From Candidatus Sericytochromatia bacterium (lineage in GTDB: Bacteria > Cyanobacteriota > Sericytochromatia > S15B-MN24 > VGJW01): a stretch of DNA of 64,000 bases. Location: positions 6,810-70,809 of the forward strand of contig JAYKGV010000057.1 in the NCBI GenBank assembly GCA_035285595.1, in the 5' to 3' direction. Position 1 is the first letter of the stretch, and each line of letters starts with the position of its first letter. The notes under the pieces were generated by a model that was not told the origin of the DNA, searched no databases, and saw only the letters and a program-made list of their open reading frames with translations. Below, in pieces: positions 10,001 through 19,178 of this stretch. The position numbers and the translations under genes were made by a program.

Positions 10001-11463
10001 CCTGCTCCCTCAGCCCGCGGTTTCGGGGGGGCATATCCGTGGACAAAGTCTGCCGGAGCGCCCAGCGAGGGACCGATCCGTATGGCGTGGGGTCCGAGGG
10101 CTAGTTCACGCAGGGAAGGATCGAAGCCCGACAGACGCTTCTTGAGCACGCCGATGCCGCGTCCGACCTCGAGGCGCCCCTTGTCGTGCCGCTCGAGAAA
10201 GCGGAGATAGAGAATCGTATCGCAGAGGAAGCCGAGGGAGGGCCGGGGAAGCTGGCCGGCCTCGGGTTCCTCCTGCTCGTGGGTCAGCACGATGGTCAAT
10301 CCCCGTTGCTGTAGAGACGATACGGTCGAGAAGGTCGCCCGGACGATCGTGTCGGGCTCGCCCATCAACATCAGGCCCATCAGGCTGTCGAGCACGACAA
10401 GTGTCGACCGGTTCCGGTCGATGGTGTCTGCAAGCAGTTCCTGGAAGCCCACGAGGCTGGTGCGTTGGGGATGGATGTGGATGGCCTGGAAGTGGCCTCG
10501 TGTCATCGCTTCATCGTAGGGTAGCCGCATCGAGAGGCTGCGCTCGCGGGTGATGCCAAGAGCTTCCTCGAAGGTACAGAGCAGGGTGTTCTTGCCAAGG
10601 CTGGCTTGGTGCAGGGCGAAGGTCATCGCCAGCGTGCTCTTGCCGGTGCCACTAGGACCGCTCAGCAGGGTGATCGTGCCGCTCTCGAGACCTCCCCCGA
10701 TCATGGCATCGAGGGTAGGGATACCGGTCGTCAGCTTGGGACGGGGAGCCCGGGCCGGGGAGGGTGCTGGCAGGACTCTGGGAAGCACGGCGAGGCCCTC
10801 GTGATCCAGCACGATGCTGTGTCGCCCTTGGGCAAAGCCTGACCCGCGAAGTTTCCGTACGGTCAAAGTCCGGCCGTGATCATCCTGGCCGAGATCGAGG
10901 ACCCCGTCGGCGAGGAAGGCAAGGCCGTTGTCCTTCTCGTGCTCCGAGCCCTCCGCCCCGAAGACCAGCGTCGCTTCGTGCTCCGTAAGGAATCGCATGA
11001 GGGCCAGCAAATGGCGACGCAGCTGGAACGGATCGGGCGAGAGGTAGCGGAATTGCTCCAGCGAGTCGATGAAGACGCGCACGGGCCGTACATGCGTGAC
11101 GGCTTCGGTAAGGCTGCTCGTGATGGGGCCGCGCTCGACTTCGGCCGGGGAGAAGATGTCATAGGTCCTCTGGGCCGTGAAGTAGTCGGCCGTGGGATTG
11201 AGATCCAGCGTTTCGACCCCCGAGAGGTCGATGCCCCGTTGTCTCGCATCGTTGAGAATCTGACTGGTGTGCTCTCCGAGGGAGACGAGCAGGCCTCGTT
11301 GCCCCTCTCGCAGGCCGGCATCGAGAAACTGAACCCCGACCGAGGTCTTCCCGCTCCCTGCGCCACCTGAGACGAGGATGCTCCTGCAGATGGGATAGCC
11401 GCCACCGAGGACGGGATCCAAGCCGGGAATGCCCGAGCGCAGACGAGGGAGGACAGATGCCAT
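9997..11463 (-). CDS. KaiC-like double-domain RecA-superfamily ATPase
   Basis: Two tandem domains, each with Walker A (GGAGSGKTS; GPSGTGKST) and Walker B (RVFIDSL; LVVLDSL), about 490 aa as in KaiC. Start set to the ATG at 11463 (MASVLPRLRSGIPGLD). The track start at 11565 is possible. Confidence 0.85.
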   Translation of the reverse strand: MASVLPRLRSGIPGLDPVLGGGYPICRSILVSGGAGSGKTSVGVQFLDAGLREGQRGLLVSLGEHTSQILNDARQRGIDLSGVETLDLNPTADYFTAQRTYDIFSPAEVERGPITSSLTEAVTHVRPVRVFIDSLEQFRYLSPDPFQLRRHLLALMRFLTEHEATLVFGAEGSEHEKDNGLAFLADGVLDLGQDDHGRTLTVRKLRGSGFAQGRHSIVLDHEGLAVLPRVLPAPSPARAPRPKLTTGIPTLDAMIGGGLESGTITLLSGPSGTGKSTLAMTFALHQASLGKNTLLCTFEEALGITRERSLSMRLPYDEAMTRGHFQAIHIHPQRTSLVGFQELLADTIDRNRSTLVVLDSLMGLMLMGEPDTIVRATFSTVSSLQQRGLTIVLTHEQEEPEAGQLPRPSLGFLCDTILYLRFLERHDKGRLEVGRGIGVLKKRLSGFDPSLRELALGPHAIRIGPSLGAPADFVHGYAPPKPRAEGAG

Positions 11464-11568
11464 GGGTCTCCATGGCACCGCAGGGCCGTCGCCGGAGGCA
11501 CGTGCGGAGCTGACAAAAAACCCGGGCAAGTGCAGACGTTGGGGAGCCGGCCGTGGCTCCACCAAGAA

Positions 11569-12885
11569 TCAGGCGATGGGAACTTGCTCCTGCACGGTAC
11601 GCGCCAAGTCTTGCAAGGCACGCTGTGCTTGCAAGCGTCGCCGCTCCGCTTTGTCACGGATGCGCTCGGGCCACGGATCCACGAGCCCCCAGTTTGCATT
11701 CATCGGTTGGAAATGTTTCGGATCGGCCGAGGACACATAACGTGCCAAGGCGCCCAGCATCGTCGTCGGTGGAAGTTCGAGCGTGGGCAAGCCACGCACA
11801 TGGCGGCCCAGATTGAGGCCGGCCAGCAATCCGGTTGCGGCGGCCTCGGTGTAGCCTTCGACGCCGATCAGCGTGCCGGCGAAAGCCTGTTCCGGATGCC
11901 CACGCCGTTGCATGGTAGGGGCGAGGAAGGCCGGACTGGCGAGGTAGGTGTTGCGGTGCATCACGCCCAGCCGGACGAATTCGGCACGAGCGAGTCCGGG
12001 AATCATCGAGAAGACCCGCTTCTGCTCCCCCCACTTGAGCTGCGTCTGGAAACCCACCAGATTGAACATGTCCCCCGTGACCGTGTCCTGTCTAAGTTGG
12101 ACACAGGCGTGGGGCCAGCGGCCGGTGCGAGGATCCGTCAGGCCAACGGGCTTCATCGGGCCGTAGCGAAGGGTGTCCACTCCTCGGCGGGCCAGCACCT
12201 CGACGGGCAGGCAGCCTTCGAAGAACGCCACGTCCTTCTCCACCTCGAGATGCAGCACGGTATTCTCGGCCGTGGCCAGCGCGGCGTGGAAGGCGAGGTA
12301 CTCCTCCCTGTTCATCGGGGCATTCAGATAGGCGGCTTCGCCCTTGTCCCACCGTGACGCCATGAACAGCCGGTCCATGTCGAGCGATTCCCGTGTCACG
12401 ACGGGGGCGGCTGCATCGAAAAAGTGCAGCTGCCCCACTCCCAGCATGGCCTGCAAGTGGTCGGCAAGGCTCGGGGAGGTGAGAGGGCCGCTGGCCACCA
12501 CGATCGGACCTTCAAGGTGCGTGATCTCGTCCCGCACGAGAGTCAGACCTGGCATGGCCGTCAGGCGTCGCGTGACAGCGGCCGAAAACACGTCACGATC
12601 CACGGCCAGCGCGGATCCCGCAGGGACCTTCGCTTCTTCGGCTGCCTCGAGGATGAGTGAGCCCAGCTGGCGCATCTCAGCCTTCAGCAGGGCGGGTGCG
12701 CTACCGGCGGTATCCGAGCCGAGCGAGTTTGAACACACCAATTCCGCCAAGCCGTCGCCCTTGTGGGCCGGTGTCGACCGCACGGGACGCATCTCATGCA
12801 GAACCACGTCCAGGCCCTGCCGGGCCAGCTGCCAGGCCGCCTCGCTGCCGGCGAGCCCGCCGCCTACGACATGGACCGTCGTCAT
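11569..12885 (-). CDS. trmFO: methylenetetrahydrofolate--tRNA-(uracil54-C5)-methyltransferase
   Basis: FAD fold VVGGGLAGSEAAWQLA followed by a Gid/TrmFO-length body. Sits after topA as in the Bacillus smf-topA-gid arrangement. Confidence 0.9.
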   Translation of the reverse strand: MTTVHVVGGGLAGSEAAWQLARQGLDVVLHEMRPVRSTPAHKGDGLAELVCSNSLGSDTAGSAPALLKAEMRQLGSLILEAAEEAKVPAGSALAVDRDVFSAAVTRRLTAMPGLTLVRDEITHLEGPIVVASGPLTSPSLADHLQAMLGVGQLHFFDAAAPVVTRESLDMDRLFMASRWDKGEAAYLNAPMNREEYLAFHAALATAENTVLHLEVEKDVAFFEGCLPVEVLARRGVDTLRYGPMKPVGLTDPRTGRWPHACVQLRQDTVTGDMFNLVGFQTQLKWGEQKRVFSMIPGLARAEFVRLGVMHRNTYLASPAFLAPTMQRRGHPEQAFAGTLIGVEGYTEAAATGLLAGLNLGRHVRGLPTLELPPTTMLGALARYVSSADPKHFQPMNANWGLVDPWPERIRDKAERRRLQAQRALQDLARTVQEQVPIA

Positions 12886-15044
12886 GCTTCGGCGGGCGCC
12901 TCCGTGCCGTCCTCTGCCGCATCTTCACCCTTCTTGCGGGCGGTCGGCATGTTCACGATGTGCTTGCATTCGGCAATCGCACACTGCAGGAAGGGGCGAC
13001 GACCCTTGGCTCTCGGGAACTTCTTGATCATCCACGTGGCCCCGCACTTTGGGCAGGGCAGGTCATAGGGTTCGCCCCAGCTGACCCAGTTGCAGGCAGG
13101 GTACGTGTCACAACCGTAGAAGACCTTGCCCATACGGCTGGTGCGTTCGATGACTTCTCCCGTGCAGCCCTCTCGTTTGCAGCGGATGCCCGTGCGCTTG
13201 ATGATGGGTGCGGTGGTCTTGCATTCGGGATAGCCTTCGCAGCCCAGAAAGGATCCTTTCCACGTGCTTTTGATGAGCATCTGCTTGCCGCAATTCGGGC
13301 AGGTCTCGCCCGAAGGAACGGCCACGGCCTCCATCTCTTTCTCGGCCTTCTTGAGGGTGGCGAGGAAAGGTTCGTAGAAGTCCCGGATGAGCGCGATCCA
13401 TTCCCTGTCACCTTCCTCGACCGCATCGAGATCCTGCTCCATGCGCGACGTGAAGGTGACATCCACGATGTCTGGGAAGTGGGCCACGAGCTGGTCGTTG
13501 ACCCGGAAGCCCAGATCGGTGGGATGCAGGGCCTTGCCCTCACGCTCCACGTACTTGCGGTCCTGGATGGTCGTGATGGTTGCCGCATAGGTCGAGGGAC
13601 GTCCGATGCCCTGCTCTTCCAGGGTGCGGACGAGCGTCGCCTCGGTGAACCGAGGCGGGGGTTGGGTGAAGTGCTGCACGGGATCGAGGGCGGTACAGGC
13701 CAGTACTTCGCCTTCGGCAAGGGTGGGCAGTTTGACCAGCTTCTCCGCGACGGCATCCTCTTCCGCCGTGTCCTTGTAGGCCGCCTGATACCCCGCGAAG
13801 ACTACCTTCGTGTCGGTGGCCCGGAAGGTGCCTTCGCCCGAGACAATGTCTACCGAGAGGGTCTCGAGCTTCGCATCGCTCATTTGAGACGCACAGAACC
13901 TTTCCCAGATCAGCTTGTAAAGTTTGAGCTGGTCTGGCGTCAGGATCCCCTTGAGACTTTCGGGACGACGCAAGATGCTGGTGGGACGGATGGCCTCGTG
14001 GGCTTCCTGCGCCGATTTGCGACTGGTGTAGGCGCGGGGCTTGGTCGGCAGGTGGTCGGCTCCATACGTCGAGGTGATGAACTCACGGGCCTCGGCCTGG
14101 GCCTCGTTGGCGATGCGGACGGAGTCCGTTCGCATGTAGGTGATGAGACCGACCGGCCCCTCGCTGCCCAGCTCGACCCCCTCGTACAGGCCTTGCGCCA
14201 AGGTCATCGTGCGCTTGACGGTGAAGCCAAGACGGCGCGAGGCCTCTTGCTGCAGGGTGGACGTCGTGAACGGAGCCGCAGGCTTGCGGCTGCTGGGCTT
14301 GGTCACGATTTTCGTGACCGTGAAAGGCCCCGGTCTGACGGCGGCCACGATGGCTTCTGCCGTGGCGCCATCGCCGATGACAGGCTTCTCACCCTTCCAG
14401 CGGACAAGTTCGGCCTCGAAGGCAGTTTTGCCCTTGCCCAGTTTGGCCGTCAGCGTCCAGTATTCGACTGGCTGGAAGGCCCGAATCTCGCGTTCACGGT
14501 CGCAGATCAGGCGTACCGCCACGCTCTGGACCCTGCCGGCCGAAAGACCACGCTGGACCTTTTGCCAGAGAAGGGGCGAGATCTTGTAGCCCACGAGCCT
14601 GTCGAGCACGCGTCGGGCTTGCTGGGCATCGACCCGGTGCAGGTCGATCTGTCGGGGGTTCTTGACTGCCCGACGGATGGCCTCGGTGGTGATCTCGTTG
14701 AACTCGATCCGATGTATGGGAATGCCCTGGGTGCCTGAGTCCGACTTGAGGATTTCCGAGAGATGCCATGCGATGGCCTCGCCCTCTCGGTCCGGGTCAG
14801 GAGCCAGATAGACCTCACGAACGCCTTGCGCCGCCTCTTGCAGTTCGCGGACGACTTTTTCCTTGTCATCCATGATGACGTACTCAGGAAGGAAGGTCTT
14901 GCGTCGGACCTCGACGCCCAGTCCCTTCTTGGGCAGGTCTCGGATGTGTCCGGCCGAGGCCTTCACGACGAAGTCCTTGCCCAGGATTTTGCCAATGGTC
15001 TTGGCCTTGGCAGGGGATTCCACGATGACGAGCGATTTGGCCAT
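12882..15044 (-). CDS. topA: DNA topoisomerase I
   Basis: Toprim start MAKSLVIVESPAKAKTIGKILG, active-site region LITYMRTDS, C-terminal Cys4 zinc ribbons (CPNCG...C..YPEC; CPKCG). Start set to the ATG at 15044. Confidence 0.95.
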   Translation of the reverse strand: MAKSLVIVESPAKAKTIGKILGKDFVVKASAGHIRDLPKKGLGVEVRRKTFLPEYVIMDDKEKVVRELQEAAQGVREVYLAPDPDREGEAIAWHLSEILKSDSGTQGIPIHRIEFNEITTEAIRRAVKNPRQIDLHRVDAQQARRVLDRLVGYKISPLLWQKVQRGLSAGRVQSVAVRLICDREREIRAFQPVEYWTLTAKLGKGKTAFEAELVRWKGEKPVIGDGATAEAIVAAVRPGPFTVTKIVTKPSSRKPAAPFTTSTLQQEASRRLGFTVKRTMTLAQGLYEGVELGSEGPVGLITYMRTDSVRIANEAQAEAREFITSTYGADHLPTKPRAYTSRKSAQEAHEAIRPTSILRRPESLKGILTPDQLKLYKLIWERFCASQMSDAKLETLSVDIVSGEGTFRATDTKVVFAGYQAAYKDTAEEDAVAEKLVKLPTLAEGEVLACTALDPVQHFTQPPPRFTEATLVRTLEEQGIGRPSTYAATITTIQDRKYVEREGKALHPTDLGFRVNDQLVAHFPDIVDVTFTSRMEQDLDAVEEGDREWIALIRDFYEPFLATLKKAEKEMEAVAVPSGETCPNCGKQMLIKSTWKGSFLGCEGYPECKTTAPIIKRTGIRCKREGCTGEVIERTSRMGKVFYGCDTYPACNWVSWGEPYDLPCPKCGATWMIKKFPRAKGRRPFLQCAIAECKHIVNMPTARKKGEDAAEDGTEAPAEA

Positions 15045-15058
15045 GCGGCAAAGATACC

Positions 15059-16189
15059 CTATCGACGCTCGTTTGCGGTGGCCGTGAACACGCAACGTCC
15101 TCGTCCTGCGACGCGCCCGGCCAGCACCAGGCGGTTAAGGACCGGGGTAAGACGCTGCAACGACCACCCAAGGCGCTCGGACAATTGTTCAGGAAGGATC
15201 AGGTCATGACCGATGGCCTGCAGAACCACAGCGGCTTCGTCCGTCGCCTTGCGGGCAGATACGCGGCTCGCGGGTCGCCACTGCAAGGCTTCGAGCATAT
15301 CCGTGGAGCCATCGATGCCCGTGGCTCCATCGGCTTCTGCCTTGCGCCCGCCTGCCCAACTGTCCGCATCTTGCGGACCCCGCATCACGAAGCACGGGAT
15401 TCCCAGCTCCGCGGCCAGGCCCAACGTGTGCAGGGCTCCGCTTCGTGCCGGCGCCTCGACGACCACCACGGCATCGACCATGGCTGCCACGAGGCGATTG
15501 CGGGCGAGGAAGCCCCCTTGTCCCATGCCGCGTCCCGGCGGCCTCTCGGATATCCAGTGCCCACCCGCTTCCAGAATGCGTCGGGCCAACGGACGCTGGA
15601 CGGGTGGCCAAGGAGCGTCGATAGGGGTGCCGAACACGGCAATGGTGTGTCCCGATGCCTCCAGGGCACCTTCGTGGGCCGCACCGTCGATGCCCTCCGC
15701 CAGGCCCGACACGATTCCCACGCCGAGGTCCGCCAGTTCCCGGGCCAGATTCCTGGCACGGGAGCACCCCTGAAAGCTGGCCCGGCGGGTGCCTACGATG
15801 GCGACAAGTGGCGCTTGTTCCCGGCGAGGCTGTCCTTTCAGAAAGGCCACCATCGGAGGATCGTGGAGGCGCTCCCAGCCCTTGGGATAACCTTGCATGC
15901 CGGCCGCGACCGGCAGGTACCCGCGGTCCAGCAACGCGTCCAGTACGGCCAGCGGGACGTGCCGATCCCGAGCTTCGAGCAAACGCTGCAGAGGCAGCTT
16001 GCCCAGTCCGGGCACCCGCACGAGGTCTCGGGCGGGAGCTGCCAGAATCGCCCGGGCGCTGCCGAAAGCTCTTTCCAGACGAGCCAGGCTGCGACTGCCG
16101 AGGCCTTCGATGGCCACGAGCGCGCAGGCGGCGGCGAGCTCCTCGGCACGTTCGGCGAGGTCCGGCGCACCACGGACGGGATTATGCAT
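15059..16189 (-). CDS. dprA: DNA-processing protein DprA/Smf
   Basis: Rossmann core VAIVGTRRAS...GIVSGLAEGIDGAAHEGAL...GTPID...FLARNRLVAA. ATG at 16189 behind a GAGGAAG Shine-Dalgarno (a GTG at 16192 is adjacent). Confidence 0.9.
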   Translation of the reverse strand: MHNPVRGAPDLAERAEELAAACALVAIEGLGSRSLARLERAFGSARAILAAPARDLVRVPGLGKLPLQRLLEARDRHVPLAVLDALLDRGYLPVAAGMQGYPKGWERLHDPPMVAFLKGQPRREQAPLVAIVGTRRASFQGCSRARNLARELADLGVGIVSGLAEGIDGAAHEGALEASGHTIAVFGTPIDAPWPPVQRPLARRILEAGGHWISERPPGRGMGQGGFLARNRLVAAMVDAVVVVEAPARSGALHTLGLAAELGIPCFVMRGPQDADSWAGGRKAEADGATGIDGSTDMLEALQWRPASRVSARKATDEAAVVLQAIGHDLILPEQLSERLGWSLQRLTPVLNRLVLAGRVAGRGRCVFTATANERR

Positions 16190-16272
16190 CACGCTTCCTC
16201 ATGAGACGGGCCCGGCCACCCGCAGAGGGGGACCGGGCCGAAAGGCACGACTTGGGACGTGACGGACTGTCG

Positions 16273-16569
16273 TTACTTGGGGTCTTCGGCGTCGTGGCTG
16301 TGCTCGCCCTCGCCTTCGGCATGCTCATGGTCAGCTGGGGCGGCCGCACCCGAAGCCTCAGTGGCCGGGGCCGCATCACTGGCTGACTGAGTGGTCACGT
16401 CAGAGCCTGAAGCAGTTTCCGCAGGGAGCGCCTCGCTGTCCGTCGCGGTTTCGACGGTCTCCGTGGTCGTGCCGGTTTCGCCGGTTTCTTCTGCTTTTTG
16501 TTCGCAGCCTGTGACGGCAGCCAGAGCCAGGATCAGTGCACCGGTGAGGCATGAGCGTTGAAGTGTCAT
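16273..16569 (-). CDS. small acidic lipoprotein with a His-rich C-terminal tail
   Basis: Lipobox LAAVTGC after a signal peptide. Thr/Glu/Ala-rich body ending ADHEHAEGEGEHSHDAEDPK. Confidence 0.6.
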   Translation of the reverse strand: MTLQRSCLTGALILALAAVTGCEQKAEETGETGTTTETVETATDSEALPAETASGSDVTTQSASDAAPATEASGAAAPADHEHAEGEGEHSHDAEDPK

Positions 16570-16661
16570 CAGAGGTCCTTATGGAGTGGATTGTGGGCAC
16601 GCCATCATCGCCAGCTTGGCACGCCACGCCCGGCCATGCGAGTGGGTCATGACAGCGACTT

Positions 16662-16964
16662 TCAGGTCCCGACGCCTTCGGCCTTGCGTCTTTGGATCAG
16701 CCAGCAGTCCGCACCGCGGGTGTTGTAATCCTCGATCAGCATGTCGAGGGCCGCCCGCATAAGTTCGGACTTGCCGATCTTCTTGTCCTTGAAACCATTT
16801 TTGCCGATGCGAAGCTCGAGCATGATGATGTCGAGCTTCGTGAGCTGGTCCTCGGAAAAGTAGAAGGTGGCCCGCTGGTTGAACTCGGCATTCTCCCCAG
16901 CCGAGCCGGCGCCCTCGTCGGGTTCGCCAGCCGCGCTGCCGGGACTTTTGCGGGCTCTGGTCAT
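16662..16964 (-). CDS. ribbon-helix-helix-like small protein
   Basis: 100 aa. RATFYFSEDQLTKLD (beta-strand plus helix) followed by KSELMRAALDMLIEDY fits an RHH layout. The assignment is by pattern only. Confidence 0.45.
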   Translation of the reverse strand: MTRARKSPGSAAGEPDEGAGSAGENAEFNQRATFYFSEDQLTKLDIIMLELRIGKNGFKDKKIGKSELMRAALDMLIEDYNTRGADCWLIQRRKAEGVGT

Positions 16965-17235
16965 GGGGGTTCCTTACTATACCAAGCTGTTGCCAATGTC
17001 ACCCTGCGTGGGTGTTGCTGCAGTGATGTTAGGCATTCGCTGAGAGGCGCGTAAGTAAACTCCGTCACATGCTGACAAGGCTGAAAATGCAGTCGTGATG
17101 CGGCTCACAAGCTCATTCAATAGTGGGCGTCAGGCCGGGGTGTCGCCCGGAGGTGCCGGAATACTTCAGGCATCCGTGGGTATAGTGCGTTGCGCGCCGT
17201 TTCCTTCCAGGGCAGCGTGGAGGGTTGAGGAGGTC

Positions 17236-18090
17236 GTGGTGAAGCGGGTCGAACGTACGGTCGTGCGCAGGCTTCGAGGCCTCGCCGTCTTGACCGCGGT
17301 GGCCCTTGCCACGGGATGCGAGGCCTTTCGCATCGGCAATCCGGCCTTGCCCAAGGCGAGGCTTCTTGCGGTGGCGCAGACGCAGTTGGTGACCGTCCGG
17401 ATCGAGATGGATCCTGAATCCACGGTCTCTGATCCCAATTTCACCTTCACGGCGCAACCCGAGACGGTACAGGTTCTGGTCTCTCCTCTGCCCGGCGACG
17501 CGATCCCCGGCGTGCGACTCAATGCTTTTGCCGTGGATTGGTTCGATAGTGCCGCCGCGCCCATCGACGCGCAGGTGGTGCAGCCGTGGAGTCAGGGGCT
17601 TTCGTTGTATTTGGCTCGTGGACCTGCTGGTAATCCTGTCGGCGGGGTTGGCGGTGGAGTGGGTGGTGGAGTCGGCGGTGGCGCAGCCGGTGGTGCCGCT
17701 GGCGGAGCGGCGGGCGGTGCGGCCGGTGGCGGAGCGGCGGGCGGTGCCGCTGGCGGTGCGGCCGGTGGCGCGGCGGGCGGTGCGGCTGGTGGCGCGGCGG
17801 GCGGTGTCGGAGGCGCTGGTGCTGGCGTTGGCGCTGGCCAGCCGCTTGAGCTCTCCCTCATCCGCAGCGATGTCGTGAAGTTCGGTGTGGACAACGGCTA
17901 TCGGGTCAATCCGCTCACGGGTCGCTTGGTGCCCAGGCTGGAGTCTTGGTCCCAGAACCTGACGGCTCAGATCACATTTTCCGGCCGCGATGACAACGGT
18001 TATCCCCTGTCGGACCTGACAGCCCGTCTGGCCGTTCGTTTCGTTACCGGGATGCGGGGAGCGGCAGCCCCTGCCGGGGGAGCGAATTGA
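17236..18090 (+). CDS. lipoprotein with a long Gly/Ala low-complexity insert
   Basis: GAGGAGG Shine-Dalgarno at 17227-17233, then GTG at 17236/17239. Signal peptide with lipobox ALATGC. About 65-residue (GGV/GGAA)n run. Confidence 0.65.
   Translation: MVKRVERTVVRRLRGLAVLTAVALATGCEAFRIGNPALPKARLLAVAQTQLVTVRIEMDPESTVSDPNFTFTAQPETVQVLVSPLPGDAIPGVRLNAFAVDWFDSAAAPIDAQVVQPWSQGLSLYLARGPAGNPVGGVGGGVGGGVGGGAAGGAAGGAAGGAAGGGAAGGAAGGAAGGAAGGAAGGAAGGVGGAGAGVGAGQPLELSLIRSDVVKFGVDNGYRVNPLTGRLVPRLESWSQNLTAQITFSGRDDNGYPLSDLTARLAVRFVTGMRGAAAPAGGAN
17636..17835 (+). repeat. in-frame 12-nt tandem repeat (ggc ggt gcg gcN type) encoding (GGAA)n
   Basis: Directly visible reiteration of ggtgcggccggtggcgcggcgggc units inside CDS 17236..18090. 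Confidence 0.85.
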
Positions 18091-19142
18091 TGCGCGGGAT
18101 CTTGTCGCGGGTCGTGATTGCTGCCGTCATGACGTCGCTTCCGGTTGGCTGCGATACGTTGGCAACCGAAACGGCCGTCCTGGACCCGTTTCTGTTTCCC
18201 GAGCGCTTGCCCGAGAATATTCCATTCCCGGTACCCGCCGATCGTTCGGGCGTCGTGACAGGGCGTGTCGTCGACGTGAAGGGCAATGCCGTCGCAGGCG
18301 TCAGGGTCTCGAACGGGTCGATTTTTACCTTCACGGGCAACGGCAAGGACCCCGTTGGCTTCGATACGGGCCTGCTGCCGTCGGGTGCACCGCGTCCCGC
18401 CCCCGGCGGGGCCGAAGGTGTCGTCCTGCGGTCGCAACTGGTGCCGCTCAAGGGGCAGTTCATCCTGTCTGGCCTGCCGGTTCCTGCCTCCGGGTTGGGC
18501 AGCACCACCTTGACCTTCAGTTTCGACGAGGTCTTGCTGACGCGCCAAGTGGAGGTCAGGCCTGCCACATTCTCCGCGGACATCCCCGCAAGTGCTTCGG
18601 TGCAGGTGGCGGTAGGCCTTCTCGTCAACACGCCCTTCGGGGTGCCCGAGCTGGCCGATCAGGTGTCGCTGCCGCTGACCTTGCCCACCTCCACGGGCTC
18701 AGAGGCCGCCCGCATTTCCCTCTTCTCGCCCCAGACCCTCACATGCAACGTGGCGACACCTGATCAAGTCATCACGTTTCCCACGACCGGTTCCCGGGTT
18801 TCCTTCGGGTTGCGCAATCTCCCGGGTGGGCGTCCCGCCGTCATCGTCGGAGCCCGGGTGACGTTGCTGACACCCGAAGGCCTGACGGTCGGGACCCCTG
18901 TACGGCTGCCGGTTGACCCCGTGTTGCTGGAAGGGGGACTTGTCAACCGAAGCGGCGCACTGGCGCAGGTGACGATCGACTTGGCCTTGCAGGGACTCAG
19001 GCAGGTGGGGAATCCCCCGCAGCTCACCGCGAGGGTTGTCTTCCTGAAGGAGGGCGATATCGAGCTGCTCGGGGGCGATGGTCGGGCAGTGGAACGGAAT
19101 ATTCCCATCCGCATCGTGACAGGTACCGCAGGCGTCAACTGA
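18090..19142 (+). CDS. lipoprotein with a carboxypeptidase-regulatory-like beta-sandwich segment
   Basis: ATG at 18090 shares one nt with the upstream TGA. Lipobox SLPVGC. GVVTGRVVDVKGNAVAGVRVSNGS resembles CarboxypepD_reg. Confidence 0.6.
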   Translation: MRGILSRVVIAAVMTSLPVGCDTLATETAVLDPFLFPERLPENIPFPVPADRSGVVTGRVVDVKGNAVAGVRVSNGSIFTFTGNGKDPVGFDTGLLPSGAPRPAPGGAEGVVLRSQLVPLKGQFILSGLPVPASGLGSTTLTFSFDEVLLTRQVEVRPATFSADIPASASVQVAVGLLVNTPFGVPELADQVSLPLTLPTSTGSEAARISLFSPQTLTCNVATPDQVITFPTTGSRVSFGLRNLPGGRPAVIVGARVTLLTPEGLTVGTPVRLPVDPVLLEGGLVNRSGALAQVTIDLALQGLRQVGNPPQLTARVVFLKEGDIELLGGDGRAVERNIPIRIVTGTAGVN

Positions 19143-19178
19143 CGCCTGGAGGGCACAAGGGCCGGCGACGCAACAGCC

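Noticed and set aside
12657-14738. Very long antisense ORFs in the track: 12657..14738 (+), 985..2028 (+), 5216..6676 (+), 34173..35732 (-), 40045..41595 (+), 50805..52673 (+), 56520..58337 (+), 21376..23016 (+), 23004..24245 (-).
   Set aside because: Each lies opposite a gene with unmistakable family motifs (topA, HD, kinase, mutS2, ftsH, lnt and so on). Their translations are Arg/Gly/Pro/Ala-rich with no motifs. Stop-poor antisense frames are expected at about 70% GC.
16662-16964. The RHH protein as the antitoxin of a toxin-antitoxin pair.
   Set aside because: There is no adjacent small toxin-like ORF. The next gene, 92 nt downstream, is a lipoprotein.
17636-17835. Tandem repeats here and at 33666-33790 as possible CRISPR arrays.
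   Set aside because: Units are 12 and 24 nt, contiguous without spacers, and in frame within ORFs that encode Gly/Ala and KPAA repeats.
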